Origin: a virus
Virus record (IMG/VR): IMGVR_UViG_3300033075_000143
Location: 1 to 42,368 of that record
Length of the DNA: 42,368 nucleotides
Strand: one strand, 5' to 3'
Part shown: positions 41,973-42,368 of the stretch, one piece after another
Numbering within the stretch: the first letter of the stretch is position 1
Layout of the letters: each line of letters opens with the position of its first letter
Program-made: the position numbers and the translations under genes
Notes under the pieces: generated by a model
What the model saw: the letters and a program-made list of their open reading frames with translations, nothing else
What the model was told of the DNA's origin: nothing
The model's database searches: none

Positions 41973-42001
41973 TTCCAAGGTCGAATAGCAACTGCTATCG
42001 T
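41973..42001 (+). promoter_or_regulatory. Rightward promoter P_R: -35 TTCCAA, 17-nt spacer, -10 TATCGT, with the palindrome variant TAGCAACTGCTA (41986-41997).
   Basis: It has the same spacing and the same -10 hexamer as P_L3, on the opposite strand. It lies 156 nt upstream of ATG 42157. Confidence 0.5.
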
Positions 42002-42156
42002 CCGGTTCGGCCGGATCGGTATCAAATCCGCTCCGGTAGCTGGTATCTGGATACCGCATTTCGCCGTGTCGGCCGTCAACGGCCGTCAAGCCTGCTACGG
42101 TGGATCGGTTAGACCGAATATCCAATCCGCCTTCACACCGCCCAGGAGCTATACGC

Positions 42157-42368
42157 ATGCGCGAATCGGATACCCGCAACGCCACGCCGCCACCTCGCCG
42201 CCTCGCCGTCCCGGCTATCAGGCGTTCCGGCGATCCGGCGGCGCCGCCCGATCGGAAACGTGGAGAGACGGGGGGTGGGGGCCGGATCGGCGCGTCGGTG
42301 GTGCGGGGGGAAATAGCACCTTCGCACGCTGCGCCGTCGCGCCAGAGCGCCGCTGATCCAGAGAGGCC
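42157..42368 (+). CDS. N-terminal part of the ORF that continues at the left end of the window (2..211).
   Basis: ATG 42157 has AGGAG 8 nt upstream. No stop occurs before the window end. The last 33 nt are the SRQSAADPERP-encoding repeat. Confidence 0.5.
   Translation, partial: MRESDTRNATPPPRRLAVPAIRRSGDPAAPPDRKRGETGGGGRIGASVVRGEIAPSHAAPSRQSAADPER
42336..42368. repeat. Terminal copy of the 33-bp repeat, identical to 1-33.
   Basis: Read directly. It is either an assembly overlap of a circular or terminally redundant molecule, or a genuine third tandem copy. Confidence 0.95.

Noticed and set aside
41775-42356. Track ORFs 41775..42185 (-), 41921..42112 (+) and 42066..42356 (+) in the control region.
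   Set aside because: They are Arg/Pro/Gly-rich, have no RBS, and overlap promoter and repeat elements. The only supported frame here is the one starting at ATG 42157.

Overview
The window looks like a complete, circularly closed genome (about 42.3 kb; the first 33 nt equal the last 33 nt) of a high-GC tailed phage with podovirus-type (T7/BPP-1-like) virion genes. Two gene arms leave a roughly 1-kb non-coding control region (41545-42368 joined to 1-200) and converge near 24660. The rightward late arm (+, 204-24649) carries a DUF5681-type small-terminase candidate, TerL, portal, scaffold, major capsid, decoration protein, a head-spike base/fibre pair and tail tubular A/B. It continues with a GNAT-like protein in the T7 gp13 position, three internal virion proteins (one with an SLT lysozyme motif, one of about 1700 aa with an ART-like insert), a tail fibre and a lysis cassette (holin, SAR-type lysozyme, overlapping spanins). 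The leftward early arm (-, 41470-24678) carries small early proteins, a hexapeptide-repeat protein, a C5-methyltransferase locus, a RuvC-like resolvase, an AT-rich islet holding a tRNA 3' fragment, and an N6-adenine methyltransferase. It ends with an SNF2 helicase, a DUF2800 nuclease, a DUF2815 SSB, a family-A DNA polymerase and a PrimPol-helicase. I saw no integrase, phage RNA polymerase, reverse transcriptase, CRISPR array or intact tRNA. Many long ORFs in the supplied track are antisense or off-frame artefacts of the high GC content. The main second-look items are: (1) the C5-MTase locus, where two frames of the same strand alternate in carrying recognisable protein motifs; (2) five TAGCAA-N0-2-TTGCTA operator-like palindromes, four of them in identical -35/N17/-10 promoter contexts; (3) a gene split by the window boundary that reads through the 33-bp terminal repeats in frame; (4) a tRNA-Thr 3' half with flanking direct repeats but no integrase; (5) an ART-like domain inside the giant ejected protein; (6) an iteron plus AT-rich origin-like region. 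All functional calls rest on motifs read by eye from the translations. No database search was run.
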